Below, piece after piece: positions 51,235 to 61,648 of a DNA stretch of 64,000 nucleotides. Made by a program: the position numbers and the translations under genes. Origin of the DNA: Candidatus Bathyarchaeota archaeon (lineage in GTDB: Archaea > Thermoproteota > Bathyarchaeia > Bathyarchaeales > Bathycorpusculaceae); NCBI GenBank assembly GCA_963832745.1, contig CAWHVC010000004.1, forward strand, positions 1-64,000, in the 5' to 3' direction. The notes under the pieces are model-generated. The model saw only the letters and a program-made list of their open reading frames with translations. It made no database searches and was not told where the DNA came from. Every line of letters begins with the position of its first letter. Within the stretch, counting starts at the first letter, position 1.

Positions 51235-52515
51235 CTACTCACTTGGGGGTTCTGTTGCGGTTAGAGGTGGTTTAGGCGTTTGCTGTGGAGTTGGAGGTTT
51301 TTCTTTTTGTGGGGTTTTGTCGTAGGAGCGTTTTAGCATTATTGGGGTTATGATTGTCGTGATTATTATCATGCCGATGATTGCTGAGTAAACACTTTGG
51401 GTAATTACGCCTGAGGATATGGCTACGCCTGCGATGATTAAGCCGACTTCTCCGCGTGAAATCATGCCAATGCCAACTTTGTAGGCTTTGCTTTTGTCTT
51501 TTAGGAAGAAGACGGCTGGAAGACCGCACCCAATCAATTTGCTTGCAATGGCAATTACAACTAAGGCTATAAAGAAGCCATAGAAGAACCAGTCAGTGGT
51601 TATGAAGCTTTGAATGTTAAAGGCGGCGCCTGCAAGTGCGAAGAAAACCGGCGAGAAAATTGTGCTAATCTTTTTGGCGTATTCACGGATTTTTTCGATG
51701 GAGTTGGAGCTTGCAACTGCCATGCCGGCTGCGAATGCGCCTACAATTGGTGAAAGGCCGAGGTAAGCAGCTAATGCGGCGGCTCCAAAGCAAGATGCTG
51801 TTGCGGCTGCTTCAACGGTTTCATCTGAGCGTCCTCTAGCTGTGAAGTTGATTAGTCTTGGAAGGATGAATGAAGCTGAAACAACTAGGACAAGCCATAC
51901 TGCAAGTGAAGCAAAGATTATGCCGAATACGTTTAGGGGGTTTATGGCGGTTGCTGGGCTTGAAATAAACGATACAATGACACCCAAGATTGCAAGGCCA
52001 AGTACGTCGTCTACTACGGCGGCGCTGACCATTGTTTTGGATTCGATTGTGCGTGACTTGTTTAGTTCTTGAAGTACCAGCGAAGTGATTGAGATGCTTG
52101 TCGCAACTAAGGCGGCAGCTATTACCAAACATGCGCCAGTGTCAAAGCCTAAAAGTGCTGAGAACCCGTAGCCCATTACAAATGGAATAACTACACCAAG
52201 GGTGCCTATGGTGAAGCCTGATGCGCCCACATGCCGGAAGTCGGTGAAGGTCATTTCTAGTCCCGCAACGAAAAGGATGAGTATGCCGCCTATTTCGCCG
52301 AAGGCTTGCACTATTTCGTTTATTTCGATTAGGGGTGTGCCGCCTATGCTGATTATTGAGCCTAAGGCGAATGGTCCAAGGATGATGCCTGCGAATAGTT
52401 CGCCTAGTACGGCTGGGATTTTGATTTTTGTGAATAGTTCGCCGAGTACTTTTGCTGAGAAGACGAGTATGCATATTGTGACGATTGCTCTTAGGACTAG
52501 GTCTACTTCGGCCAT
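51235..52515 (-). CDS. Cation:proton antiporter (CPA2/NapA-like)
   Basis: LGELFAGIILGP, ATSISIT, AAVVDD, GMISRGEVGL. Confidence 0.93.
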   Translation of the reverse strand: MAEVDLVLRAIVTICILVFSAKVLGELFTKIKIPAVLGELFAGIILGPFALGSIISIGGTPLIEINEIVQAFGEIGGILILFVAGLEMTFTDFRHVGASGFTIGTLGVVIPFVMGYGFSALLGFDTGACLVIAAALVATSISITSLVLQELNKSRTIESKTMVSAAVVDDVLGLAILGVIVSFISSPATAINPLNVFGIIFASLAVWLVLVVSASFILPRLINFTARGRSDETVEAAATASCFGAAALAAYLGLSPIVGAFAAGMAVASSNSIEKIREYAKKISTIFSPVFFALAGAAFNIQSFITTDWFFYGFFIALVVIAIASKLIGCGLPAVFFLKDKSKAYKVGIGMISRGEVGLIIAGVAISSGVITQSVYSAIIGMIIITTIITPIMLKRSYDKTPQKEKPPTPQQTPKPPLTATEPPSE

Positions 52516-52645
52516 TGGTTGTGTTCTCCTTTTGCTTTTTTGGGCTTAAAAATTGTTATCGCATTATAGATATAAATATTGCTAATTGCCTATACAATTC
52601 TGCACCTTAACAAACCAACAAACAAAAAAGCCAAAAAAAGAAAAA

Positions 52646-52948
52646 TCAGGGCTCTTTAATATTCAACGTAACATTATCCACGCGGGCAGAACAAATCTTC
52701 CTAATGCCCCGCTTGCCCCGAGCATACTCTACGTCAAGCAGTTTCAAACCCTCAAGAAGCTTAACCTGCTCACTAATGTAGGCTTGACTTAATCCCAGCC
52801 TTTTACCGATAGTTGAAACATCTAGCGGTTCCTTTGAAAGAAGCTGAAGCATCCTCATTGTAGTTGCAGTTAAAGCGTCTGCAACTTTAACGGCTTCCTC
52901 ACCTGAAATGATGAGGTCTCTTTTGGTAGAGTTTTCTTCTGAAAGCAT
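52646..52948 (-). CDS. ArsR-family HTH regulator
   Basis: VADALTATTMRMLQLL...LGLSQAYISEQVKLLE. Confidence 0.85.
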   Translation of the reverse strand: MLSEENSTKRDLIISGEEAVKVADALTATTMRMLQLLSKEPLDVSTIGKRLGLSQAYISEQVKLLEGLKLLDVEYARGKRGIRKICSARVDNVTLNIKEP

Positions 52949-53058
52949 ATACTTCAGTATCCAGTTATACTAATATCTAATCAACAATACTAAATAGATT
53001 TTACTGATATATTTCTTTAAGTTACAAAAAGAAGCAAACAGACGCAGACTGACCCTAC

Positions 53059-53976
53059 TTACTTGAAAATCCAAGGATAAACTCGACGCACAACTTCCAT
53101 CACATTCTGGGGAGGAATTATACCTTCTTCACAGATTAAGCCATGAATGTAACGGTTAGGCGTAACGTCAAAAGCGGGGTTGCGTACGTCAAGATTTGCG
53201 GGGGCTTCAGGCCAAACCTCAATGGGGCTGCGTTGCTCAATGCCTTCAAGCTCACCATACAGCGTGACTGGGTCAAACTTTAGCAGTTCCGAAACCACAT
53301 ACAACGGTTTACGAGCCTCATGCGCCAACACAGCAAGCCCACTGGTGCCAATCTTGTTAACCACATTACCCTCCGAAGTGATTGCGTCCGCACCTACAAT
53401 TACCATGTCAGCTTTCGAAATAAACGTGCGCGTTGCAGAGTCAACGATAAAGGTGGTTTCTATACCGTGCTCAACCATTTCCCGAGCGGTAAGCCTACCT
53501 TGGAAAGCTGGACGAGTCTCAGTGCAAATGACTTTGAAGTTTTTACCTTCTGCCTTAGCTTTGGTTAACATTCGTGTAGCCGTTGAAGAGTGACAATGAG
53601 TGAAGATTGTCATGCCATTCTGGATGCGTTTTGAACCGATTTCGGCTGTGCGTTCACGTGATGCGTCAAGTTCCTTTAGGAATTCGTCAGCATTCACTGC
53701 CATCAGGTCGCATAATTCAGGAACTTTCTGGTTGATGCTTTGTTGCACTTGTCCGATTAGACACCGTATGGCATTTCGCATTAGGGGTTCAGTTTCTCGT
53801 GTTGTAAAAATTAGCTTCTGCGCTTCAAAGAGTTCTGTGAGTAGTTCGGTTTTGGTGGTTGCTTTTGTTTGTGTGGCGAGTGTTTGGACGGCTTTTACAG
53901 CTGCAATTGCGGCGTTTCTTGCGCCTTGGATTTCGAGTTTGCGGATTTTTTCTGCTGTAGCTTTTACGTTTTCCAT
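53059..53976 (-). CDS. Ribose-1,5-bisphosphate isomerase (eIF2B-like family)
   Basis: IRKLEIQGA, THCHSST, TETRP, VGADAIT...NKIGT, NPAFDVTP; start taken as ATG 53976. Confidence 0.8.
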   Translation of the reverse strand: MENVKATAEKIRKLEIQGARNAAIAAVKAVQTLATQTKATTKTELLTELFEAQKLIFTTRETEPLMRNAIRCLIGQVQQSINQKVPELCDLMAVNADEFLKELDASRERTAEIGSKRIQNGMTIFTHCHSSTATRMLTKAKAEGKNFKVICTETRPAFQGRLTAREMVEHGIETTFIVDSATRTFISKADMVIVGADAITSEGNVVNKIGTSGLAVLAHEARKPLYVVSELLKFDPVTLYGELEGIEQRSPIEVWPEAPANLDVRNPAFDVTPNRYIHGLICEEGIIPPQNVMEVVRRVYPWIFK

Positions 53977-54017
53977 CCTTTTTTCACTTGACGCTTGCTT
54001 TTTAATTATGTAGGTAA

Positions 54018-55214
54018 TTGGATGGAGAAGCATATAAGCAGATTGAACCAGTTTATTTTGCTGAGGCACAGATGTATCCAAGCCATGACGATTTAGGCAT
54101 ACTTGAACCCATTATTGGACCATGGTATACTTCATTAAAAAACCCATTAGACGCCCAAAAGGAGGTCCTTAAGGAGTTGCTTGAAAAGTATTCTCAAACT
54201 GAATACGGCAAGAAATTCGGCGCCCAAAACATCAAAAACATAGAAGATTACGAAACAAAAATGCCTATAATTAATTACGCCAAAATGCAACCGTATCTTG
54301 CCCAAATCCAAAACGGCAATTATCAAGCGTTTCTTTCCGAACCTGCTGAAACATGGGTCATGACTCGCGGCTCCACTGGAAAACAGTCTAAAGTTTTGCC
54401 TGCCACGCAGACGCATCTTAAACAGATTTTCACCTGTGGTGCCCGTGGGTTAATCAATTTTGCGCTTCGCAAACAAAACTTTGACGTCTTCACCGGCGTA
54501 ATTTTGAACTTAAATTTTCCGTCAAGTGTACACACGATTGACCAGAATGGTCAAAAAATGACTTATGGTTACAGTTCGGGAACTTATGCGCGGCTTAACC
54601 CGATGTTTGACCGTGTTAGCCTGTTACCCAAACAGGAGGAAATTGATAAGCTTGGTTCAGGTATCAGCCGTGCTGATTGGGAACAACGTTTCGACCTTGT
54701 TTACGAACAAGCAAAGAATGAAAATGTTACCGCGACAATGGGAGTTACGCCAGTGATTTTAGGGTTTGCCCGTTACATCAAGCATAAGTATGGCAAAAAA
54801 CCTGTTGACCTCTGGAAACCAAAAGCCCTCTTCTGCACAAGTGTTCGGAAAATCCAGTTTAAGTATGGTCCAGTTTTGCAGAAGTACTTTGGTGAGGCAC
54901 CTATTGTGGAGATGTATTCGGCGACGGAAGGCGTTTTTGGTCAACAGTTGGATGATTTGCCGTATATTTCGATGAATTATGACTCTTACTTTTTTGAGGT
55001 TGCAACAGGTAAAGGTGTAAAGTTGCTTTGTGACCTTAAACGTGGTGAATGGGGCAGGCTTATTATTTCTTCATGTATGTTTCCACGTTATGACATAGGA
55101 GATATGGTGGAGTCTGCAGGTGGAAACTATTTTAGAATTTTTGGCAGAGCTAATGCTTCAACAATTCTTGAGCACAGGTTGTACCGCACGTTTTTAGGTA
55201 GAATTATTGGTTAA
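54018..55214 (+). CDS. GH3-family acyl-adenylating amido synthetase-like protein
   Basis: TEYGKKF, TRGSTGKQSK, EMYSATEG, RYDIGD. Confidence 0.8.
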   Translation: MDGEAYKQIEPVYFAEAQMYPSHDDLGILEPIIGPWYTSLKNPLDAQKEVLKELLEKYSQTEYGKKFGAQNIKNIEDYETKMPIINYAKMQPYLAQIQNGNYQAFLSEPAETWVMTRGSTGKQSKVLPATQTHLKQIFTCGARGLINFALRKQNFDVFTGVILNLNFPSSVHTIDQNGQKMTYGYSSGTYARLNPMFDRVSLLPKQEEIDKLGSGISRADWEQRFDLVYEQAKNENVTATMGVTPVILGFARYIKHKYGKKPVDLWKPKALFCTSVRKIQFKYGPVLQKYFGEAPIVEMYSATEGVFGQQLDDLPYISMNYDSYFFEVATGKGVKLLCDLKRGEWGRLIISSCMFPRYDIGDMVESAGGNYFRIFGRANASTILEHRLYRTFLGRIIG

Positions 55215-55612
55215 GGATGCGGAGAGCGTCTCCGGGCCATAATTGCCACGTAGGCTGCAGCGATTATGATAACAATGCCGATTAAAACTAGAACAAACGC
55301 GCCGTTTGCAGCTGCTGTTAGGATGCCGCTGATGCTTAGTAGGCTAAAAACGCCGATGATTATTAGCACTAACCCGCCAATAAGAAAACCGATGAAGCCG
55401 TGTTCACCCTTTTCCTGTTTCTCATTCTTTTCCCCCCGCTCGTTTTTCTCGTTTTTTTCTGACTTTTCATCTCTACGGTAAGTTGGAGGTGCTGCTTGGG
55501 GTTGTTGAGGCTGTGTTTGTGTGGCTGCTTGACCTTTTAGGGGTGCTCCGCATCGTGGGCAGAACGTCATGTTTTCATCGACTTGGTTGCCACATTTTGG
55601 GCAGTACGGCAT
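55211..55612 (-). CDS. Zinc-ribbon membrane protein
   Basis: CPKCG...FCPRCG, EKxEK repeats, two TM. Confidence 0.85.
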   Translation of the reverse strand: MPYCPKCGNQVDENMTFCPRCGAPLKGQAATQTQPQQPQAAPPTYRRDEKSEKNEKNERGEKNEKQEKGEHGFIGFLIGGLVLIIIGVFSLLSISGILTAAANGAFVLVLIGIVIIIAAAYVAIMARRRSPHP

Positions 55613-56004
55613 AATTTTTCTCCAAATATTCTTTTCATGTTTAGACTATTTAAAATATCACTTTTACTGTTTTTTGTTTAGAAGTTGTTGCCGAAAAGTG
55701 CCTTAGCACAACAACAAACAAAGTTTTGTTGTGGACAATGTGTTTTTGGTTTTGCTGGCGCCTATGTTTGCTTTTTGAGTGTGCAAAATGGTACAAGTAG
55801 AAAAAGAGTTTAGCCCTATACTTAGGTTGTCTTTTGCTGCTTAGCTTTAAGCTCCGCGTTTTTCTGCTGCAAAGCCGCAACAGCCACCGTTAACAATTAA
55901 ACGTGCCGGTAAACTGATAAAAAACCTTCAGAGTTATACAAACATGTCCTGAATGGATTCTATAAACAAACTATTATAGGGATTTATGGCATAAATGAAA
56001 GAAG

Positions 56005-56802
56005 GTGGCTTCAGTGAAAAAATATGCTTGCAAGAGTATATTCCTATTAGGTTTACTTTTATTATTAGTAATCTGTGCAAGTTCACTTTATGTGTGTGCT
56101 GAAGAAGTTACAATAAAACCTTCGGTTCCAGAATTCAACATAGTGCTGTCTAATCATTCTACCGATACTCCAACAACCTACTCAATAGACCCTTATACTG
56201 GAGAAAACATAACACACCCCGGCACCCATACGGAATGGACTACACTTGACTTAGTAATAAAAAATCAAGAATTCGACAGTGCCACAGAATTCTTTGCTTA
56301 CAATGTTAAAGTCAAAGGATATTATGGAGAGGCATGGACAGAACTTTATAGCGCATCCAACGGATATGCCATGCAAAATTCAACGTCAAACCAAACAGTA
56401 TTATCCTATCATGTTGAAGAAAACGGTGGCTCTTTGATTGCGGGAAATCATGAGGTTCCCGTTTATGGCAAGGTTGATTTTCAAGTGCAAGCAATGATTG
56501 GAACAGTTAATCGCGCAAATGAACCGCCGAATTATCCTTGGACATTTTACGGTGAAGTAAGCGACTGGAGCAATACACAAACATTCACTTTCAGCAATGC
56601 TACAAGCAATTTAAACCCAACATCAACTCCTATGGATAGCCCTAATGTGCCTTCACAAAACACCGAGGCACCCTACTTTCAAGGAGGTGCCTTGTTGGGT
56701 TTAAATCAAACGCAATTCTTCTCAGTAATTTTAATCTCTGTTATAGTTATTTTGTTTACTGCAATAGCCATATTTGTTAAAAAGGGAAAAAATGTGCACT
56801 AA
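56005..56802 (+). CDS. Secreted, C-terminally anchored hypothetical protein
   Basis: Signal peptide, KPSVPEF, VDFQVQAMIG, SDWSNTQT, C-terminal TM. Confidence 0.8.
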   Translation: MASVKKYACKSIFLLGLLLLLVICASSLYVCAEEVTIKPSVPEFNIVLSNHSTDTPTTYSIDPYTGENITHPGTHTEWTTLDLVIKNQEFDSATEFFAYNVKVKGYYGEAWTELYSASNGYAMQNSTSNQTVLSYHVEENGGSLIAGNHEVPVYGKVDFQVQAMIGTVNRANEPPNYPWTFYGEVSDWSNTQTFTFSNATSNLNPTSTPMDSPNVPSQNTEAPYFQGGALLGLNQTQFFSVILISVIVILFTAIAIFVKKGKNVH

Positions 56803-56895
56803 TAACTAAACAGGTATTCTCATCGTTTTTTATGTTATTTACCAAAATATATGGCTAAATGAGTACTTGCTTAGTAATAGGCTTTCTTTCAGTAG

Positions 56896-57510
56896 TTGGT
56901 CGCTGAACTATTTACAAAAGGTATATCTTGTTTTGTTGTTGATTATTTCTGGAGTGATGGCTTTTTGGAAAAGCAGGGCACCAAGTTGAAGGGTTACAAG
57001 CATGCTGAAAGCTTGTTTAGTGCATTATATATTGGCACGATATTCATCTCTCTTGGCGTCATCTACTTTATTCATCTTCCAAAAAGTCTTTTTCTTGAGT
57101 TAATTGACTTTTTTGACCACCTAACCCTTGCCCGTGTACCTGATACAGGCATATTTTTACCTGCACCAATCTCTCCTGCTGCATACGTTGATTTGTATAC
57201 TGCCGTGTTTCAGTTCTTCTTAGTTATTGCCGTAATAGAAGTGGTTATTTTAGTGCTTAGATTCGTGTTCGATTCGCCAGTTAAACGCAAGGCAGAAACA
57301 ATCTCTAACGTGGTCTTCTGGTTTGGCACAAGCTACCTAATCTGGACTTACCTGATGAATGCAGCAACAATTAACAAGTGGTTTGTCTTCTGGATAGGCA
57401 TCATAATAATCTTTGGCTTATCCCTAATAGCCCGCGCTTTCGCGTTGCTGGCAAAACGCAACCCTAACCCCCAAGACAAATCAGAAAGTCAAGTGCTTCC
57501 ACAAAACTAG
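56896..57510 (+). CDS. Membrane protein
   Basis: About four TM; start uncertain. Confidence 0.7.
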   Translation: MVAELFTKGISCFVVDYFWSDGFLEKQGTKLKGYKHAESLFSALYIGTIFISLGVIYFIHLPKSLFLELIDFFDHLTLARVPDTGIFLPAPISPAAYVDLYTAVFQFFLVIAVIEVVILVLRFVFDSPVKRKAETISNVVFWFGTSYLIWTYLMNAATINKWFVFWIGIIIIFGLSLIARAFALLAKRNPNPQDKSESQVLPQN

Positions 57511-58227
57511 AACTTGCCAACCCATGTCAAATGAGTCTTTAAAGAGTTTAACTTTTGTTTCTCGGGTGCTGTTCCATTCAACAGGGATTTCTTTGACCTT
57601 GTAACCTTTGCGTTCCGCGCGGACAATGGTTTCAGTGTCCCAGAACCAATGGTTAGCTTCAACCTCATCAAGTAGCGGCAACAATTTTTCCCGTTGGAAC
57701 GCTTTAAAACCGCATTGATGATCCTTTACTTTAGAGCCGAGAACTATTCTGACCATGAAATTGTAGGTTTTAGACGCGAAGCCACGCGTGAAGGTTCGTT
57801 TTACTTTGCTTTCTGAAAGCATTCTTGAACCAGTGGCTAACTGGTAGCCTTCAACTGTAACGGCGTCGATTAGTTGACTTAAATGTTTAAGGTCAGTCGC
57901 TAGGTCTACATCCATATAGATTAAAACGTTGCCTTTGGATTGTTTAAAAGAATTTTTTAACGCTCTACCTCGTCCAAGACGTTTTTCGCCATGCAAGTGA
58001 CGAACATAGGGCAGTTCTTGTACTAGTTCATCGGCTTTTTTGTCAGTGCCATCTGTGCTGCCGTCTTCAGCAATTATAATTTCGTAGGTACAGCCGTAAG
58101 TTTTGAGCGCTTGACTAATTTTTTTTACTGTCTGCTCAATTATGTCTGCTTCGTTTAAAGCTGGAAGCACAACTGTAACGTCGAGTTGCCCGGTTTTGAT
58201 TGCGTCTTGCGTTTTTAGAACACCCAT
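57481..58227 (-). CDS. GT2 polyprenol-phosphate glycosyltransferase (DPM synthase-like)
   Basis: VVLPALNE, EDGSTDGT, YMDVDL, DHQCGFKAF, WFWDTE. Confidence 0.9.
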   Translation of the reverse strand: MGVLKTQDAIKTGQLDVTVVLPALNEADIIEQTVKKISQALKTYGCTYEIIIAEDGSTDGTDKKADELVQELPYVRHLHGEKRLGRGRALKNSFKQSKGNVLIYMDVDLATDLKHLSQLIDAVTVEGYQLATGSRMLSESKVKRTFTRGFASKTYNFMVRIVLGSKVKDHQCGFKAFQREKLLPLLDEVEANHWFWDTETIVRAERKGYKVKEIPVEWNSTRETKVKLFKDSFDMGWQVLVLWKHLTF

Positions 58228-59969
58228 TGGTTAAACCATCTTAAACTTTCAGCTGTGGCGGTTGATACGGTGGCTCCTGAGATTACGGGGTAGAATAGCA
58301 CGAATAGTGCGACTACCGCTATAAAGTAGGTTGCCGCTGCAATCTTCATCCACTTGTACTTCCAATACTTGCTAATAAAATACGCTGAAGCTAGGCAGAT
58401 AATTGGCACGTTAACATAATAATGATAAATGAATAATCCGCGGCTCACAAACGCGTAAGGCAACCATTGAGCAAAGAAAACCACTGCAAGAAACGCCGCC
58501 GGCACTTCAAATTTGGGCATTTGCCGTTTTTTAAGTTCAGAAACTGCTTTGAAAATAACTAATCCTGTGATGGCAATGATTGCCGCAAAGCCCACCCACC
58601 AAACAGCTGGGTTTCCAAACAGGCTAATTGTGGAACGCATGTCACCTGGTAGAGAGCTGATGTATAGCCAGAGAGGTTTTCCGATTATTGGCCAACTCCA
58701 GCCTGGTGAAGAGTACGGATGATCAAGACCTATTGGCGCAGAGTGATAAGCAAACATGCTGTCTTGAAGCCCAACCACATTAAGGAAAGATCTACCCGCT
58801 ATCATGTCGGGAATGTAGGCCGCAAAATAAATGCCTATTGACATAATGATAAAGGCTACCAGGTAAGCGTACGGGTGATCAAATAACTCGTAAACTTTGG
58901 CGGAAAGCTTACTTTTGCTTTTTACCACTTCAGAGAGTCGTATAGCCGCCAATATGGCTAATTCACCCAAGAAACCGAAAAGAACCAGCCACTTAGTGGA
59001 GAAACCCAAAGCAAAGAACAAAAACGAAAGGAACAATGGCACAACGCTGGTGTTTTTCCAGCCCTTCTTAACTACGCCGCTTAGATAGATAAAGAAGAAC
59101 AGTTGCGAGGCTAACGAGAAAAACACGACAAACGTGTCGGTAATGCCTAGTCGTGCCTCTGTGAAATGCATGAAGTCAAATGTGAATAGGAACGCTGCTG
59201 AGAAGCCGCCGATGTAGGAGCCGAACATTTTCTTTCCTAACAGGAAGATTAGCGGAATCATCAGCATGGCAAAAATAACGTCCATAATTCGCCAGCCGAA
59301 CGGGGTTAACCCAAACGCTGCAATGCCGGTTGCGAGGATAAGTTTCCCTAAGGGTGGATGGGTCCATTCGTATGGGAACTGTGAATGCAGGTACTGTTGG
59401 GCTGTTCTTGTGAAGTATACTTCATCGAACATTGTTTCAGTCATGTAAGTGTTAGGTAACTCAACTATGCTTTGTTCATCAATCAACTTGTTGAAATCAA
59501 GGCTGGTACCATTTTCACCAGTGATTGAGGTAATTGGGATTTTCTGGCTGTTTTGGTCAAGGACTGCTATCTCGTTAACTTCAATGTTTGCTCCTTGCTC
59601 AAATTCCAAACGGATGTATCTTGTCGTGTTGTAAATGCTGGTGCTGTTCCAATTCATATACGCAAACGGGTAACCAGCAACGATTTTGCCGATTTCACTC
59701 CAGTCGCCAGGTTGGCCAGTGTAGACTTTGATAGTGCTCGTGGTTTGGCAGTCTTTCATGTAGAAATAAAGTTTGTTAACGTAGATTGGGTTTCCAAGGT
59801 CAATTACTGCAGCCTGTGGTTCAGTATTTTCTACTGTTAGGCTGTTGGATGGCACTTGTGTTGCACCCAAGTTAGTTACAGCTATGGAGAAGAAGATTAG
59901 TGACAGCAAAACCATTGTTAAAATGTCTTTTTTGTCAATATGCAAGTCAAAGTCAAAGTTGAGTTTCAT
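58215..59969 (-). CDS. Dolichyl-phosphate-mannose--protein mannosyltransferase (PMT/GT39-like)
   Basis: MFDEVYF, EWTHPPLGK, PFGWR, HPYSS..WSWP, GNPAVWW, FIYHY. Confidence 0.88.
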   Translation of the reverse strand: MKLNFDFDLHIDKKDILTMVLLSLIFFSIAVTNLGATQVPSNSLTVENTEPQAAVIDLGNPIYVNKLYFYMKDCQTTSTIKVYTGQPGDWSEIGKIVAGYPFAYMNWNSTSIYNTTRYIRLEFEQGANIEVNEIAVLDQNSQKIPITSITGENGTSLDFNKLIDEQSIVELPNTYMTETMFDEVYFTRTAQQYLHSQFPYEWTHPPLGKLILATGIAAFGLTPFGWRIMDVIFAMLMIPLIFLLGKKMFGSYIGGFSAAFLFTFDFMHFTEARLGITDTFVVFFSLASQLFFFIYLSGVVKKGWKNTSVVPLFLSFLFFALGFSTKWLVLFGFLGELAILAAIRLSEVVKSKSKLSAKVYELFDHPYAYLVAFIIMSIGIYFAAYIPDMIAGRSFLNVVGLQDSMFAYHSAPIGLDHPYSSPGWSWPIIGKPLWLYISSLPGDMRSTISLFGNPAVWWVGFAAIIAITGLVIFKAVSELKKRQMPKFEVPAAFLAVVFFAQWLPYAFVSRGLFIYHYYVNVPIICLASAYFISKYWKYKWMKIAAATYFIAVVALFVLFYPVISGATVSTATAESLRWFNQWVF

Positions 59970-61224
59970 TTGGTGTTTGCTCCTTTTTCTGCTCGTTGAT
60001 TGCTAAGGGTTCAGTTTTAAGCGCTGCTTTGCCTTTTAATTCATCCCACAATAGCAATGAACCATATAAAAACGTAATCACGTTAATGACGCCGACAACC
60101 AAAACCACGGGGTCACCAGAAAGATTGGGGCCATAACTGTAGCCCGCGTTGGCGTAAAGGTTCAGCCAGTATAAGACGTAAGCAACGTTTGTTAGGAAAG
60201 TTACAGTGATAACGCCGTAAAGCAGCCTGACTTTTCTGACAAACGGAAACATCAAAGCCAAAATGCTGATGGCTGGAAACAGGTAGCGTTCATGAATCCG
60301 TGTTGGAAGCATGAAAAAAGCGAAGAACAACATAAACGCTGCAAAGAAGACTATCATCTGATCTGATTTGCCCCAACGCTTGTTTAGAACATACAAGGTG
60401 AAAAGTGAGAAGACCGCAAATAGTGCCCAACCTAAAATGAACAGGTTGCCATCAGGAATCCATAGGCCAAATATGCCCCAGAGGTTGAATGCGTTGATGG
60501 ATGTGTAGGCGTATCCACTGTACGCGCCAAAATAGATGTCAGAAAGGAAAGTTATTGGGTTGCTCCATTGCATGGGCAAAATAACCACAAAAATAGTTGC
60601 CGTAAAAGCAGCCACTGAAAAAAGCAGACGTTTAACGCCGTTTTTCTTGAAAATCAAAAACGCTACCAACGGCAACAAAGCTATCGCCTGCGGTTTAGTT
60701 AAAACGCCAACAGCAAAACTTACCGCCGAAAGTTCAGGCTTACTTTTTAATGCAAGAATTAGCGATAGTAGAAGGAACAGGGTATAGATGGCGTCGAATT
60801 GCCCCCAAACTGCAGCGTTAAAGATTACTGCTGGGTTAAAAACATAAAGTGCAGCGGCGACAAGGCCAAGTTTGAAGCTTAACTGTTTTCGAACAAACCC
60901 GTAAATCAAGCCAGCAATTAATAGGTCGAAAATGTTTGGGACCAACTTTACAATGTAAGTTACAAAGGGTGTTCCGAAAAGACCTAAAGATTGGGCTAAT
61001 GAACCAAAACCCCAAAACAGGTAAATGTTAAACGGTGGATAATCGCACCAGCTTACAGCGTTGTAGAAAAGTCTTGGACCGTAATCAGCGGCAGTGTTAA
61101 ACCATGAAACGAAGGTGCCCATGTCGTTTTGGTAGCCTTGAAGTGGAAACAGCAGAACCCTAATTACGAAGGATACCCCTAGCATGCCAGCTAAGACTGC
61201 TATTTCACGCTTATCAAACTGCAA
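59953..61224 (-). CDS. GT-C membrane glycosyltransferase
   Basis: DYPP, FNPAVIFNAAVWGQFDA, KPQA, SINAFNLW, HERYLFP. Confidence 0.85.
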   Translation of the reverse strand: MQFDKREIAVLAGMLGVSFVIRVLLFPLQGYQNDMGTFVSWFNTAADYGPRLFYNAVSWCDYPPFNIYLFWGFGSLAQSLGLFGTPFVTYIVKLVPNIFDLLIAGLIYGFVRKQLSFKLGLVAAALYVFNPAVIFNAAVWGQFDAIYTLFLLLSLILALKSKPELSAVSFAVGVLTKPQAIALLPLVAFLIFKKNGVKRLLFSVAAFTATIFVVILPMQWSNPITFLSDIYFGAYSGYAYTSINAFNLWGIFGLWIPDGNLFILGWALFAVFSLFTLYVLNKRWGKSDQMIVFFAAFMLFFAFFMLPTRIHERYLFPAISILALMFPFVRKVRLLYGVITVTFLTNVAYVLYWLNLYANAGYSYGPNLSGDPVVLVVGVINVITFLYGSLLLWDELKGKAALKTEPLAINEQKKEQTPNETQL

Positions 61225-61388
61225 AGTGGATGCCGATCCTTAAGAGTATTGAAAAATACTTTGGGTTCAACAAGAATAAGAAGCTTTTTCCAAATCCGTC
61301 ATTAAATCAATAAAGCGCCTGAAGCTGATGAGCGAAAAATTTTTGCAGCAGCAACCATTAGAATGGTGCGTCTGTATTTGTTGCCGTT

Positions 61389-61505
61389 TTAGTTTTCTTG
61401 GGTTCGTGACCAAGCGTCTGGATTGACATATTTAACAGCTGGCCCGTTCTTCCATATTGCTTCATAACCTTTCAAGAAGTCTTTGCTTGAGGTTCGTTTT
61501 CTCAT
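61389..61505 (-). CDS. Small hypothetical protein (38 aa)
   Basis: MRKRTSSKDFLKGYEAIWKNGPAVKYVNPDAWSRTQEN in an otherwise empty gap; TTATA about 45 nt upstream. Confidence 0.3.
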   Translation of the reverse strand: MRKRTSSKDFLKGYEAIWKNGPAVKYVNPDAWSRTQEN

Positions 61506-61648
61506 GTGTGTAATGCCTTCTTGAACACGTAAAAACAGTTTTTTTGCCTATAAGCCAAGTTTCGTTTTCTTGCTTATGTCGAAAAAAAGAATATTGTGGC
61601 GATTGGAGAAGGGCTAAGTTTAAATCTTGACAGGTTACATCGGAAACT

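Noticed and set aside
53977-54081. N-terminal extension of the R15P isomerase ORF
   Set aside because: It overlaps the divergent GH3-like gene; family similarity begins at MENVKATAEK (53976)
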